Shown: piece by piece, positions 21,660 to 32,646 of the stretch
How the letters are laid out: the number at the start of each line of letters is the position of its first letter
Numbering within the stretch: the stretch's first letter is position 1
Assembly: GCA_030167865.1 (NCBI GenBank)
Contig: JALAGF010000925.1
Span: forward strand, 1-43,365
DNA: 43,365 nt
Source: Craspedostauros australis
Taxonomy: Eukaryota
Direction: 5' to 3'
The notes under the pieces: model-generated
The model's database searches: none
Seen by the model: only the letters and a program-made list of their open reading frames with translations
Told to the model about the DNA's origin: nothing
Translations under genes and position numbers: made by a program

Positions 21660-23440
21660 GATTGTGCGTGGATTCTGATGGTGTTGCGGTTGCGCTTGTG
21701 CTTGCGCCAGTGTTGTACGTATGATACGTTCTATGGATGCTGTACTACGTGAATTGATTGCTTCTATTATATGGATACGATTGCTTCTATGGATATAGTA
21801 TGATTGTGTTATTGTGAATGAGATGAGAGGGATGACAAGGGATTTTCGGCGGATGTCGATTGTTTTGATGTGGATGCTGATGTTGGCGTTGTGGTGGTTG
21901 CCGCCATCACGCTCGGTGTGTGTTGATTTGTTTCTTTGCGATTCTTGGATGTGCTTGACTGATCGTGTTGGTCGTAGATCCATGCACGTTTGTGGGCATA
22001 GTACACGTTTGGAATGGTGGACACGTCTGAAAAATACGTGTGTGACTCCGACCACCTCGATCCAAGACACAGACCGCCTCCACAAACAAGTCTTGGCTTT
22101 GTCACCCACGACTTATCGGCAGGAGGTCGGAATGCGTGCTCGTTGTGGCGCACGAGTCGACAAAATTTGCGGAATCCCGCTGCGATGCACCACGTGTGGC
22201 CGTTGGATGGCCATCCGTTGGAGCGGGCTCGTTCATTGCGCACCTCAATTTTTGGACTCAATTTGAATGGTCCAACCGACATGATCCGTCGCATGTGTGT
22301 CGCAATATCCGTGATACGTTAAGTGTGGCACATGATCTGACATGCGCAAGACAAAGGAACGGTAATTGATGGCCACATTTTGGGTCGTTGTTGCGGGCAG
22401 TTGGGTAGTGCGTGTCGACATGGTGCTGCGCAGCTTGGACGCGTTGGGTTCCCTGGAAGAGAACAAGAGACGGAAAGGCCGAAAAAGAAGCATGCGAGAG
22501 GGGCGATTCTCCTCTTTGGCTGTGTCAGTTTGCTTCTTACGCTTCCTCTCTTGTGCGTGGTTGCGTGTGTGTCGCGTCCTTGTTGTCCCTCAAGAGGAAG
22601 AGAAAAAGAAGAAAGAGCGTGGTCTCATGTGTCGATGTAACTGATGGTGTTGATGGCGCAGCCTCCGGCAGTCATGATGCCTGTCGAAATCACTCCCAAC
22701 CTCCGTCGACGAAGTCTCTGTGAGAGTGTTCGGGAGGGCGAAGCTGTCTTATTCGTGAACGCGCACCATGCAAGTTCACACTGTCTTGTGAGAAGACAAA
22801 GCGTTTGCTGATGCCACACAATACTGTAATAGTCGGTCGTGTACTGCTACCATACTATCCCGCACTATACGCTCATCCACATGCCAACACAACAAGGCGC
22901 AGCCAAAGTTTCGATCGTTGCTCCTTCTTTGGCCACTCCAACCATAGAAATAATCCATCCAACGAAGCATCCAACGAAGCAACACCACACCTCTGCCTTC
23001 ACTTGGGCCTCTACTGGGTCTCCACTCTCCGTCTTCTTCTTTCGTACGGTCGGTCAATCAGCCAGGCTCTCGGAAGACTCATCGCAAAGAGACACATCAC
23101 AAAGACACAAACAACGGAAGATGCATTCAGTGCACAATTTCAAGTGATTGCACAATAACACGAGCTCTACTATATTACTCTACCAATACAGCCACCAACG
23201 CCAACATCAGCATCAACACCAAGTACGATTGCAACAACAAGTGAAGGAACATACTCTGCCCCTGCGTGTCTCTGTCTCTGCTATACCATACCGCAAGCAC
23301 AGATTCCCACCTGTCCTCGCAAACGCCAAGATACGACCGACTCTACTCCACATAATCCTGCCTGCCATCCGATCCACTCGTACCATATCGTACCATATCA
23401 TACCATATCATACCATACCATACGTACTATACAGTGAACA

Positions 23441-24556
23441 ATGCAAACAATGCAGCAACTCAACGCAAGCAACCTGAACACGCTGAACAAACTGAACAAC
23501 ACAATGTTCTCGCCCATCACATCACCGGACGATGCCTCCAATGCGCACAACGTGAGCATGAGCAGCAACAGTCACATGAGCAGTGCGGGCAACAGCAGTT
23601 TAAGCAGCGGTAGCGCCAGCGCTAGCAGCAGCAGCAGCCCCGATATCCACATGAGCCACACATCGCACAGCCTCGAGTACCAGGAAGTCTGCGACGTGAT
23701 CGCCGTCATGCTGCGTCAGGAGGCCACGAGCTACAAACGCATCCCGTACGCCCAATCGCCGCACGCCGATCGCCTGCACCGCGAATCGGTCGACGCCTCG
23801 TGGCGCCAGCGCATCGTCGAATGGATGTACGGCGTGGTGGATCATTGCAACCTGCGCCGCGACTCCGTGGCCGTGGCCTCCTACTTCCTGGATCTGGCCA
23901 CGGTGCGCGGCTTGGTCAGCACGCGCCGCGACTTCCAGCTCGTCGCCATGACCAGCCTCATGATGTCCATCAAGCTGTACGAATCGACGTCGGTGCGCCT
24001 GGAGAGCATGGTCAAGCTGGGCCGCGGCCTCTTCACGGCCAAGGACGTCATCGACATGGAGACGCAGATACTCACGTCCATGAACTGGTGCGTGCATCCT
24101 CCCACGCCCATCTGCTTCATGCGACAGTTCCTGCGGTTGCTGCCCTCCAAATCATCCGTCGCGCGCTACATCGTCGTCGAGGTCTCGCGCTTCATCTCCG
24201 AAATCACGACGTGCCTCTACAAGTTCGTCAGCTACCCCAGTTCCGTCGTCGCCTACGCCTCCATGCTCATCGCCATGGAACGCATCGACGCCTTGACGTT
24301 GACGGTAAGGGAACGCGAGCTCTTCATGCAGGCCATGAAGGACTGCACGGGATTGCAGACCATGTCCGACATCGTCCTGCAGGCCGTGCGCGATCTGCGG
24401 CAGTCGTTGGAGAACAACGTCAACCTCACCGATCTGCTCGAGACGATCGACGCGCATTGTCAGACGCGGCAGGTCGCCGACAATGCCACCAACATGTCCT
24501 CGTGCAAGGCCAACCGTGGTTTGGATTCGCCGCGCGACGTGTCCGATGTTATATAG
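23441..24556 (+). CDS. Cyclin, diatom-specific (dsCYC) type
   Basis: Cyclin box WRQRIVEWMYGVVDHCNLRRDSVAVASYFLD, FQLVAMTSLMMSIKLYE and METQILTSMNWCVHPPTPICF. The N-terminus is Ser-rich and the C-terminus carries an SPRDV motif. Confidence 0.92.
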   Translation: MQTMQQLNASNLNTLNKLNNTMFSPITSPDDASNAHNVSMSSNSHMSSAGNSSLSSGSASASSSSSPDIHMSHTSHSLEYQEVCDVIAVMLRQEATSYKRIPYAQSPHADRLHRESVDASWRQRIVEWMYGVVDHCNLRRDSVAVASYFLDLATVRGLVSTRRDFQLVAMTSLMMSIKLYESTSVRLESMVKLGRGLFTAKDVIDMETQILTSMNWCVHPPTPICFMRQFLRLLPSKSSVARYIVVEVSRFISEITTCLYKFVSYPSSVVAYASMLIAMERIDALTLTVRERELFMQAMKDCTGLQTMSDIVLQAVRDLRQSLENNVNLTDLLETIDAHCQTRQVADNATNMSSCKANRGLDSPRDVSDVI

Positions 24557-24827
24557 TGGAGTGTCGTGCAGCGCAGCGACGTCCGAGCAGTGATATGCAC
24601 AAAGATACATACGACCGACTCCACCATTTCTATGTAGCCATGTATTAAAGTTAAATACCCAACATAGATTGAATATTGACACAACTCAAACGCAGCACAG
24701 CATTGCTTTCTTGCATGGCACATGATCGGGTGGTATGGCACAGTATTATTATTACGATATGTAGAATATTATTTGTAACAGTGTGATTCTATGGAAACCT
24801 CCGCCTATCTCACGACATGACGTCTCA

Positions 24828-25946
24828 TCACTGCGTACTCAACCCCAACAACTCCTTGATCATGGCCGGCACGATCAACACGGCGAACACAGGATTGCGG
24901 CGCACGAAATCCAACGACCGGAAATGAAACACGGACGCCGCCAAGGACAGATCGCGGTTGTAATCCACCTTGTGCCACGTCCAGGTCGGCACCCACACGG
25001 CATCGCCGGCATGCGTCACGACGTGGTATCGCGGCACGTGCGACACGTCGCGTTGGAACGATGGAAAGAAGGCGCGGCCGTCGGGGGCCAAGGCGGGGCG
25101 CAGCAGGAAGCTGTGTTGCGGTTCGATCAGCAGCCATTCTTTGGAACCGCTCAGTTGCACGGCGACGTTGGCGATGGGCTCGCTGTGCAGGCCAGTTGTG
25201 GGGCGCGCGTGGCATTCTTGGTCGTCGTCTTTATCATCATGGGATGCTGTTGTGCTGCTGCTGCTGCTTGCTACAGTCGTTGACAGTTCGCCGTTCGCGA
25301 CGAAGAGCGGCACCGTCGTTGTGCCGGGCAACAAGTACGTGTTGCCCAACAGATATTTGGAATCAAAGTGGTCTCCGAACAGCTGCGTCATCAACGCGGC
25401 GGGCACCACCTCCTGCAGCAGCTCCGGATACCGTTGCACCACCAACTGCGAGCCAATCTTGTGCGGCATGCCGCGTGTGATGTTGGCCACGATCTCGCCC
25501 ACTGGTGCGACGGCGTCCGGCGTCAGCGCTTGCGCAGATCGGGCATCGGTGAAGTACGGAATCTCAAGTTCCATCTCGCGCATCAATCCGGCGATGGAAA
25601 GCTTGCGACGATCATCGCGCAACGCCGATTCATTCCACAGTCCGCGCAACAGCAACGGCCGTTGTCTCCAATCGGATCCGTACGTCGTGATCAAATACTC
25701 CGAAATGTCACGCGTCTTCTGCACATCGACAGTCGCGATCGGCATCGCCGTGACGCTGGGACGGTGCGCATCGTGCCATCGATGCCATGCGTAGTTGTGC
25801 AGCGCTTTGCGATGCTGATCGATGGGCAGCCATTGCGCGATGGACCATGCCAGCAACGGCAGCACCTCCGTGTTCGTTTGGTATGCTACCGCGATCACGC
25901 AGGTCACGATGGCGGCGAGGATGCTCAATGTGGCCACTCTCATCAT
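24828..25946 (-). CDS. JmjC/cupin_8 2-oxoglutarate-Fe(II) oxygenase with N-terminal signal peptide/anchor
   Basis: Motifs RPLLLRG, TGLHSEP (HxE), QLSGSKEWLL and AGDAVWVPTWTWHKV. Hydrophobic N-terminus from the ATG at 25946. Confidence 0.85.
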   Translation of the reverse strand: MMRVATLSILAAIVTCVIAVAYQTNTEVLPLLAWSIAQWLPIDQHRKALHNYAWHRWHDAHRPSVTAMPIATVDVQKTRDISEYLITTYGSDWRQRPLLLRGLWNESALRDDRRKLSIAGLMREMELEIPYFTDARSAQALTPDAVAPVGEIVANITRGMPHKIGSQLVVQRYPELLQEVVPAALMTQLFGDHFDSKYLLGNTYLLPGTTTVPLFVANGELSTTVASSSSSTTASHDDKDDDQECHARPTTGLHSEPIANVAVQLSGSKEWLLIEPQHSFLLRPALAPDGRAFFPSFQRDVSHVPRYHVVTHAGDAVWVPTWTWHKVDYNRDLSLAASVFHFRSLDFVRRNPVFAVLIVPAMIKELLGLSTQ

Positions 25947-26470
25947 CTCCTCGTTGGCACAGGTACGACTTTGGCAGAGCAAGTGATTTCAAACGGATCT
26001 CTCGACAAAGATGGAGAAACGCAATCAAATGAGATGGCGGGAAGGCGGATGGAGAAGTGAATCGTTTGGACCTGCACGTTGCGGACAAGAAGGTTGCGGT
26101 TCCGCTCTTGTTGAAGTTTTGCTCCGTCGAGTCTTGCCTGGAAGAAAGCACTCGTGATTTACAGGTCTCGACACAACCGACTGCTCGCATCACGAGATTG
26201 CCTTCGTTTGATGTCAACCACGACACAACAAGACACGACACGACGCGGCGCGGCATGAAGCGAAAGATCGTCGCTCAGCTGGCGATGACGAGAGTGATGC
26301 CACCCATCATCCGAACGCAAAGATCAACGATCAAAGACGCAAGTGAGCAAGAAGCTCAAGTGAGGAAGAACAGAGGAGGAAGGTTGTTCATCGCATAGGT
26401 CGTACCCACATCATACCGCACCAGCACCATACCCATACCACCTGCAGCAACTGAAGAGCAACAACACACG

Positions 26471-27653
26471 ATGATGCCATCCACAGCATCCACCACCGCC
26501 ATTGTCTACTGCTGCTGCGTGCTCGCATTCATCGCATGCAGCGATGCCTTTGCATCCAAGGGATGGATGCTGCAACAGCAACGCGGGTCGACCCAGCTGC
26601 ACATGGCCAAGAAACTGAAGAACAAACAATTCGAATTGGCCAAGAAGCTGGCCGAAGCCAAGAAGCAAAAGGCCGCAACTGATCCGAAAGCCGCCAAGCT
26701 GTCGAAGCAGGAAATCAAGGAACGCAATGATCGTCTGCGATTCGAGGAGCTGCTGGAGACCAGGTCGGGAAGTACCTTGAATGACTACTCGTCGGATGGC
26801 TATCTCAATCGGGAACAGGAAGAAGAAGAGATCAACGCAGCACGTGAGTTCGTTCATTGTTGTTGTTGGTATTAGTTGTGGCTGTGGCAGTGGTGATGGC
26901 AGTGGTGATGGCAGTGGTGATGGCAATGTATTATATTTATATTGCTTGCCAACTCCACCATAAAAATACATACGGGTGTGATGTGTTTGATGTCATGTAT
27001 TGGATACTCTTTCATGATGCGTGGCTGACACCATTTTCAAATGCTTGCACCTGCATGCACATCCATGCACATCCACGCACAATCGTCGAATACGTCACTG
27101 GGGAAATGCAACACTTTGATATCACTCGATGACAGGACGCGGCGTCGAGCGTTTGTTTGAAGGCGATCCAGCACCCACGGAAGTTTTCGAGAGTCTGGTG
27201 CAAGTCACGACAAGTGCAAGTGCCAGCAACGCCCTGGGACCCATGGGCGCCAAACGCATCGTGCCATGGCTGCCAGCCGATCGTGGTACAGGTGCCAAGC
27301 CAAAGGACTACCTCATTGTCGTTTGCGATCCGCGGCTAAAATCTCCCTACCTGCAACAGACCGTCCGAACCTTGAACACGCAGCTGCCGATGGAACTGCG
27401 CAAGCGCCTCATCGTTGTCAACGCCGACACGCCCGCGGAGAATCGTCGATTCATCAAGAAGAATGGCATCGACAAGGTGGACGTCTTCTCCGACGAGAAG
27501 ATGGAGTGGATGCGAGCCTACAGCGCGTTGGGCGCGGAACGGCTCACCATGACGATGTTCGTCGTCGGGAATGAGCAGGTCAAAAAGCTGGCGCGTGATT
27601 TGGATCCCGACGCGGCCATCAGGGTCATCACGAATGCCGTGAAGAATATGTAG
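26471..27653 (+). CDS. Plastid-targeted protein with coiled-coil and C-terminal peroxiredoxin/AhpC-like thioredoxin fold (exons 26471-26843, 27136-27653)
   Basis: Signal peptide ends at SDA-F, and the gtgagt...cag intron restores the frame. IVVNADTPAENRRFIKKNG...VFSDEKMEWMRAY...TMFVV resembles the AhpC/BCP C-terminal half. Confidence 0.72.
26885..26925 (+). repeat. Intronic 12-bp tandem repeat (tggcagtggtga)x3
   Basis: Read directly from the sequence. Confidence 0.9.
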
Positions 27654-28252
27654 AGAGTAGGAGCAACGAGCAATGGACAATGAGCAATGCGAAAGAAAGC
27701 GCTGCTACTGCGCTACGCTACATACATCTAGATTAGAAGATTGTATCGTTTGTTGCAGACAATGGCTATTGCTCTTCTCTTCTGTTCTCTTCACTTGCCT
27801 TCATCACATGGCAGCGGGGCACATCGTTGTCTATCCCCAATCGAGCATTCTAGCGCCGCATGTGACACGCGGCAAACCTGGTTGTGCCGCCTCAACTCCC
27901 AACACGCACTTCGAGCATGGAGAAGGCGATGTCACGAAACGTGGACGAGAAAACTACTTTGGACAGATCATTCCACGAGCTCCCAACCGCTTCCTCAGTC
28001 GCTGTAGTTACCTGCTATTACTGATCACCTCAAAAACAGCTGAAACAACTCGAACTCTCGCGCAAACCACAACACGAATCCCGAGTTGTGGCAAACAGCG
28101 GCCCGACCATTCGCGATCCTTGGGAGCTTCCGCTTGCACTGCCACCGTCATCATCATCATCAACATCATCATCAACAACCACAAATTGTAGCAGCAACGA
28201 CCAGTTACATCTTCCCACTTTCGAATGTGCGTGACGCATCGGCACAATCAGC

Positions 28253-30937
28253 ATGGGTAAGAAGAAGATCTGGCACTGCACTCTCGTGGTCGCCGTTTGC
28301 GTCTTCCTCCCGACCTGCGTCGCCTTCACCTGTCTCTTCGACGATGCCAAGCAATCCAAGCAATCCACACCAAGCATCTGTGAGCATGCTCACCAGCGCT
28401 ATCTTCCGCAGTCCAGGTCAAGGCTGCTACTGTCATCGTCATCATGGAATGGACGGGAACCGTCATCGGCGACGCTTCCAGACCAAGCAGCAGCAGCAGC
28501 AGCAGCAGCGTCTGGACAGATACCCTATTCAACGTCTGGCGACCATCACGGCGAACCCGCTGGCTCACCTGCAAGTCCCTTGACGGGCAATCATGATAGC
28601 AATCATGACAGAATTCATGACAATAATGGTGATAATGGTGATCACCTTATGAGTACCAACAGCGACCGAGACAGCAGAGGCGGCGCTGGTGACATGTACA
28701 TGAACGGCGATGATGACATTGACGATGATATTGACTATGACAGCAACAATGATAGCTACAGCGACGGCGACAGTGGCAATGACATCGACAATGACATTGA
28801 CAACCTCTGTCTATGCGAAGGGACGGGGACAGCGTTGAAGGCGGCGACGCACATTGTCCTCGATCAAAGCACGTTGGGACAGTGGGAGTCAAAGGACTTC
28901 AATGACGCCGCCAACACGCTCGATGCCTGGTCGTACAAGTGGTCCAGAAATGCGCCAATCATATCGGAGCACATACTGCGGCGTATCATTCTAGAGCAGC
29001 TGGCGCAGAATCAGACCACGCCGGAGCTGCATCAGCAGATGAGGTCGGTCTACCACTCCGTCGTCCGGGTGTGGGCCAACAGCAGGCTGCGCGGTGCGCC
29101 GGAGAGAGCGGAAGAGATCATGGACGCCATGCAGGAGCAGTACGAACGGTTTAACGATACCAACCTGCAGCCCACCATCGAGACCTTCAACTACGTGCTG
29201 CGGGCGTACAGCAAATCCAGACAGCGCGATGCCGTGGAGCAAATCGTGAGGGTCATTCTCAAGATGGAACACCTGCGAGCGCTCAACAAAACCGATGCGA
29301 TTCCCAATGATGCCACCTACTTTCATTGGCTCCTGGCCATATCCCACAGCGGCAATCAAAAAGCGCTGGCGCAGATGAAGCATGTGCTTACCCGCTTGCA
29401 GCAGCTCCATGACAGCGGCCACCATGAGATCCCCAAACCCTCCAGACGCTGTCACAGCCTCTACATCGACGCGATCTGCACCGCCGTCGCCGAACGACGC
29501 ATGCAGAGCTCCAAAGGCGCTCAAATGGCCGATGATCATCTACGGCTCATGATTGCCAGAGATGATGACGAAGCGAAACCAGAGACGCACACCCTCAACG
29601 TGGTCATCGACGCATGGAGCAAAACCTGGGATTCGCGGGCCGCGCAACATGCGGAGTCGTTGGTCCGGTTGTTTGAGAATTACCACATTGACTGTGGCAA
29701 ATCCTTCAGCACCATGCCAAACACCCACACCTACAACGGCCTCATCGCATGCTACAGCCGTTCCGGCGCGCCTGGCATGGCCGACAAATCCTACCGCATC
29801 CTCCAGCGCATGGAGAATGCCTCCCGAAGCGTCAGCAACTCCACCTTGCAACCGAATGAGTTCACGTACGGCACCGTCATGAATGCTTACGCCAAATCCA
29901 ACCAGAAGAACGCGCCGGTTTTGGTCGAGGAATTGCTGTGCGTCCTGATCCAAAAGCACAACCAGACTGGCGATCATCGACTGCGTCCGACCATCATTTC
30001 GTTCAACATCTGCATTGGCACGTGGGCCAAATCCAACGACCCCCGCGCAATCCAGCGGATCAGCCAGTGGATTAATTACATGGAACGTCTCGGCAACGAA
30101 GGCCATCGTCTTCTCTACCCCAACACGCGCACGTACAATCGCTACATCCAGGCGCTTGCCAAAACAAACAAACCCGATATCACCGACAGATCCATCGCCG
30201 TGCTCAACCTCATGATCCAGCGATGCAAGGATCCGGAACGATACGATCTGGCACCCAACGCCATCACGTTCACCAACATCATTCGCTGCCTGTCCGCAAG
30301 CGACCGGCATGATGCTCTGGACAAAGCCAAGGACCTCCTCTCTCTCATGGAGGACCTGCACAGCTCGGGATTCCGTCACATCCGTCCCAACGTCGTCACG
30401 TACAACTCGTTGATCGAGATCGCGGCCAAATCAAAGAAACCCAACAAAGCTCGCATCGCGGCAAGCATTGTGCGACAAATGCGAAAGGTCTCCTTGCGCC
30501 CCAACACGATCACCTTCAATCTCGCCCTCAACGCCTGCGCCAACTCCAACCCCGACGACGACCCCAAGCAAGTCCTCGACGTGGCCATGCACATCTTCCA
30601 GGAGGCACGATCGACGAGCGCCACGGATTTCGTCACGTACAGCACGACGGTGCGCGTCATTTCCGAATTCGGATCTCAATGGCAACACCAGCAGATGCTG
30701 CAGGACATGTTTGAAGCGTGTTGCGAGGACGGCCAAATCCGAGTATCCTTCTTGACGCAACTGAAACTCGTGCTAGACGATTCTGCCCAATACCGCAAGA
30801 TGGAACGCAGGGTGGTGGATTCGAATGGGAAGATCTTGAAGGCTGTATCCAACCGTGTCGTGTTGAGGCAATCCAGGAGAAACCATCGTGGTGATGGCAG
30901 TGGTGGCGATGATGACAGCAAGTCATTCGCATTTTGA
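28253..30937 (+). CDS. Pentatricopeptide repeat (PPR) protein, organelle-targeted
   Basis: Repeated diatom-type PPR motifs: PTIETFNYVLRAYSKS, PNTHTYNGLIACYSRS, PNEFTYGTVMNAYAKS, PNVVTYNSLIE and PNTITFNLALNACA. N-terminal signal ends at CVA-F. Confidence 0.93.
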   Translation: MGKKKIWHCTLVVAVCVFLPTCVAFTCLFDDAKQSKQSTPSICEHAHQRYLPQSRSRLLLSSSSWNGREPSSATLPDQAAAAAAAASGQIPYSTSGDHHGEPAGSPASPLTGNHDSNHDRIHDNNGDNGDHLMSTNSDRDSRGGAGDMYMNGDDDIDDDIDYDSNNDSYSDGDSGNDIDNDIDNLCLCEGTGTALKAATHIVLDQSTLGQWESKDFNDAANTLDAWSYKWSRNAPIISEHILRRIILEQLAQNQTTPELHQQMRSVYHSVVRVWANSRLRGAPERAEEIMDAMQEQYERFNDTNLQPTIETFNYVLRAYSKSRQRDAVEQIVRVILKMEHLRALNKTDAIPNDATYFHWLLAISHSGNQKALAQMKHVLTRLQQLHDSGHHEIPKPSRRCHSLYIDAICTAVAERRMQSSKGAQMADDHLRLMIARDDDEAKPETHTLNVVIDAWSKTWDSRAAQHAESLVRLFENYHIDCGKSFSTMPNTHTYNGLIACYSRSGAPGMADKSYRILQRMENASRSVSNSTLQPNEFTYGTVMNAYAKSNQKNAPVLVEELLCVLIQKHNQTGDHRLRPTIISFNICIGTWAKSNDPRAIQRISQWINYMERLGNEGHRLLYPNTRTYNRYIQALAKTNKPDITDRSIAVLNLMIQRCKDPERYDLAPNAITFTNIIRCLSASDRHDALDKAKDLLSLMEDLHSSGFRHIRPNVVTYNSLIEIAAKSKKPNKARIAASIVRQMRKVSLRPNTITFNLALNACANSNPDDDPKQVLDVAMHIFQEARSTSATDFVTYSTTVRVISEFGSQWQHQQMLQDMFEACCEDGQIRVSFLTQLKLVLDDSAQYRKMERRVVDSNGKILKAVSNRVVLRQSRRNHRGDGSGGDDDSKSFAF

Positions 30938-31149
30938 ACAACAAGGGATTCAGAGTGGAACAATACAAGTGGACGAAGAGGAGGAGCAAGTGCGACATTG
31001 GAATTCGTACTGGGAGAGTGCCTCTAGAGAGTAATGATGCTTGAAGAAGAAATGCTCCGTTGAGCTTAATAGAACACTCCAGCTCGACTCGTACTCGTAC
31101 TCGCACATTGATGCCCTGCAAGTGCTCTGCATACTCGTACGCGTCATGC

Positions 31150-32646
31150 TCATTCGTACAATGCCTTGATGCGCTTGTATTCCTCCCGATACTCCCGTTC
31201 CAACGCCTTCCACTCAGCGAACGATCTCGCATTGATGTCGTACAGATGCTGCGGCGACCGCGATAACAATTCGCTGACACCGTTCGCAATGTCCAACAGC
31301 GTCTTGGCCACATCGAAATGATGCGATCCCAGATGCATGCGTTGCAAAGCCAGCAGCTGACACGCGCTGTCGATGCACCGGCTCCACAGCTTGAGCTGCA
31401 CGGCGGTGGTCATGTGCTGCGCATTGCGCAATAGCAGCAGCTGGCAGGTCTCCACGTGCAACGTGCGACACGGGATCCACAGGATATGTTGCGGCGAGGC
31501 GATCTGATGACCGATCTCCAATGCCGATCCTTCCATGGCCTTGACGTGCTCCCACAGCTCCGCGCTTGGCGTGCCTTGCACGATATCTTGCAGATATTCG
31601 GTGCGCAAGTGTTCCAAATCCTCAATGGCCGATTCGATCTGTTTGGTGACGGTGTCTTCGGCGGCTTGCAACGATGATTTCGGCAACGAGCCTTGCCAGA
31701 GTTCCATCTTGAGATGGGGTCCCTTCAGATATTCCACGCCGACATCGAAGCGATGCTGATCCCACAGATGCTGCCGTCTCGATGCGTGGCACAGCACATT
31801 GGGAATGTACGAGATGGTCAACGGTTCACCTTCGGCGACGTAGCGTGTGGTGCGCACTTCCGAGTAAGTCGTGGTGGTCGTGGGCACCAGCTTGGCGCAG
31901 TTGGGAAAGCAGGCGTGATTGAGCATTGCCGAATGCAAGTAGATGCCGGATTCCAACCCGTTGTACCGCAGCGCCAGAAACAGCCGATGTATATCAGTGT
32001 CGGTGATTGCCGATCCGTCCTTGTTCGTGATACCTTGTGCCTGCGCGTGCTGGACCAGTTCCGCAACTTGATCTGGATCACATTCCTTTCGCATGCGTTG
32101 CATCATCATGGCGATTTGCTCATCATCGTTGTCACCATCGGCATCGTCGTCTACCTGGCGTTTCGTGGGATGGAATTCCTCCAACACAGCGGCATGTTCC
32201 AAGACATGACGCACAGACACCAGGCTCAACGCGTTGCCGAGCTGCTCGTCCGGCCAGGTTTGCAGTGGCTCCTCCTTCAGAACCAACGTGCCTGGTTCCA
32301 GTCGCCGCGTTGCCACGTATCCGCGACCTCCGCCCATCTCTTGCAACGAAACCAGCTGCATGGGACCCAAGAACAGCGGTTCCGGCCATGGCAGCTGCAT
32401 CGTTCGGAACGAGGAGATCGGAGTATCGGCCTTGATGGAACCTGCTGCATCGTCTTGGATCTGAAGGTACTGCTTCGAGGCAGCGCCGCCATCATCCGAG
32501 CCAGCGTTGGCCTGATCCTTCAGCGTCTGCGCAAGAATGTGGCTTGCAGTTTCTGCCGTTGCTGCTGTTGTTGCTGATGCGGTGTTGTCATCATCGTCGC
32601 TTTGTTCGCTGTCATCGCCGAATGCCGCGAATGGATCTTCCTCCAT
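31150..32646 (-). CDS. SMYD-like split SET-domain lysine methyltransferase
   Basis: Motifs GGGRGYVATRRLEPGTLVLKEEP, MLNHACFPNC, GEPLTISYI and RRQHLWDQHRF, followed by a helical C-terminal domain with LGSHHFDVA. Confidence 0.88.
   Translation of the reverse strand: MEEDPFAAFGDDSEQSDDDDNTASATTAATAETASHILAQTLKDQANAGSDDGGAASKQYLQIQDDAAGSIKADTPISSFRTMQLPWPEPLFLGPMQLVSLQEMGGGRGYVATRRLEPGTLVLKEEPLQTWPDEQLGNALSLVSVRHVLEHAAVLEEFHPTKRQVDDDADGDNDDEQIAMMMQRMRKECDPDQVAELVQHAQAQGITNKDGSAITDTDIHRLFLALRYNGLESGIYLHSAMLNHACFPNCAKLVPTTTTTYSEVRTTRYVAEGEPLTISYIPNVLCHASRRQHLWDQHRFDVGVEYLKGPHLKMELWQGSLPKSSLQAAEDTVTKQIESAIEDLEHLRTEYLQDIVQGTPSAELWEHVKAMEGSALEIGHQIASPQHILWIPCRTLHVETCQLLLLRNAQHMTTAVQLKLWSRCIDSACQLLALQRMHLGSHHFDVAKTLLDIANGVSELLSRSPQHLYDINARSFAEWKALEREYREEYKRIKALYE

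Noticed and set aside
21660-22109. 150-aa N-terminal extension of the ASCC3 ORF in the ORF track
   Set aside because: Composition is UTR/promoter-like, and coding-style codon usage begins at MEELLTQ (21659).
967-32646. Functional cluster for silaffin modification (KxxK protein, glycosyltransferase, JmjC, SET)
   Set aside because: The genes are scattered among unrelated housekeeping genes and the SET protein has no signal peptide. The sequence gives no evidence of co-regulation.
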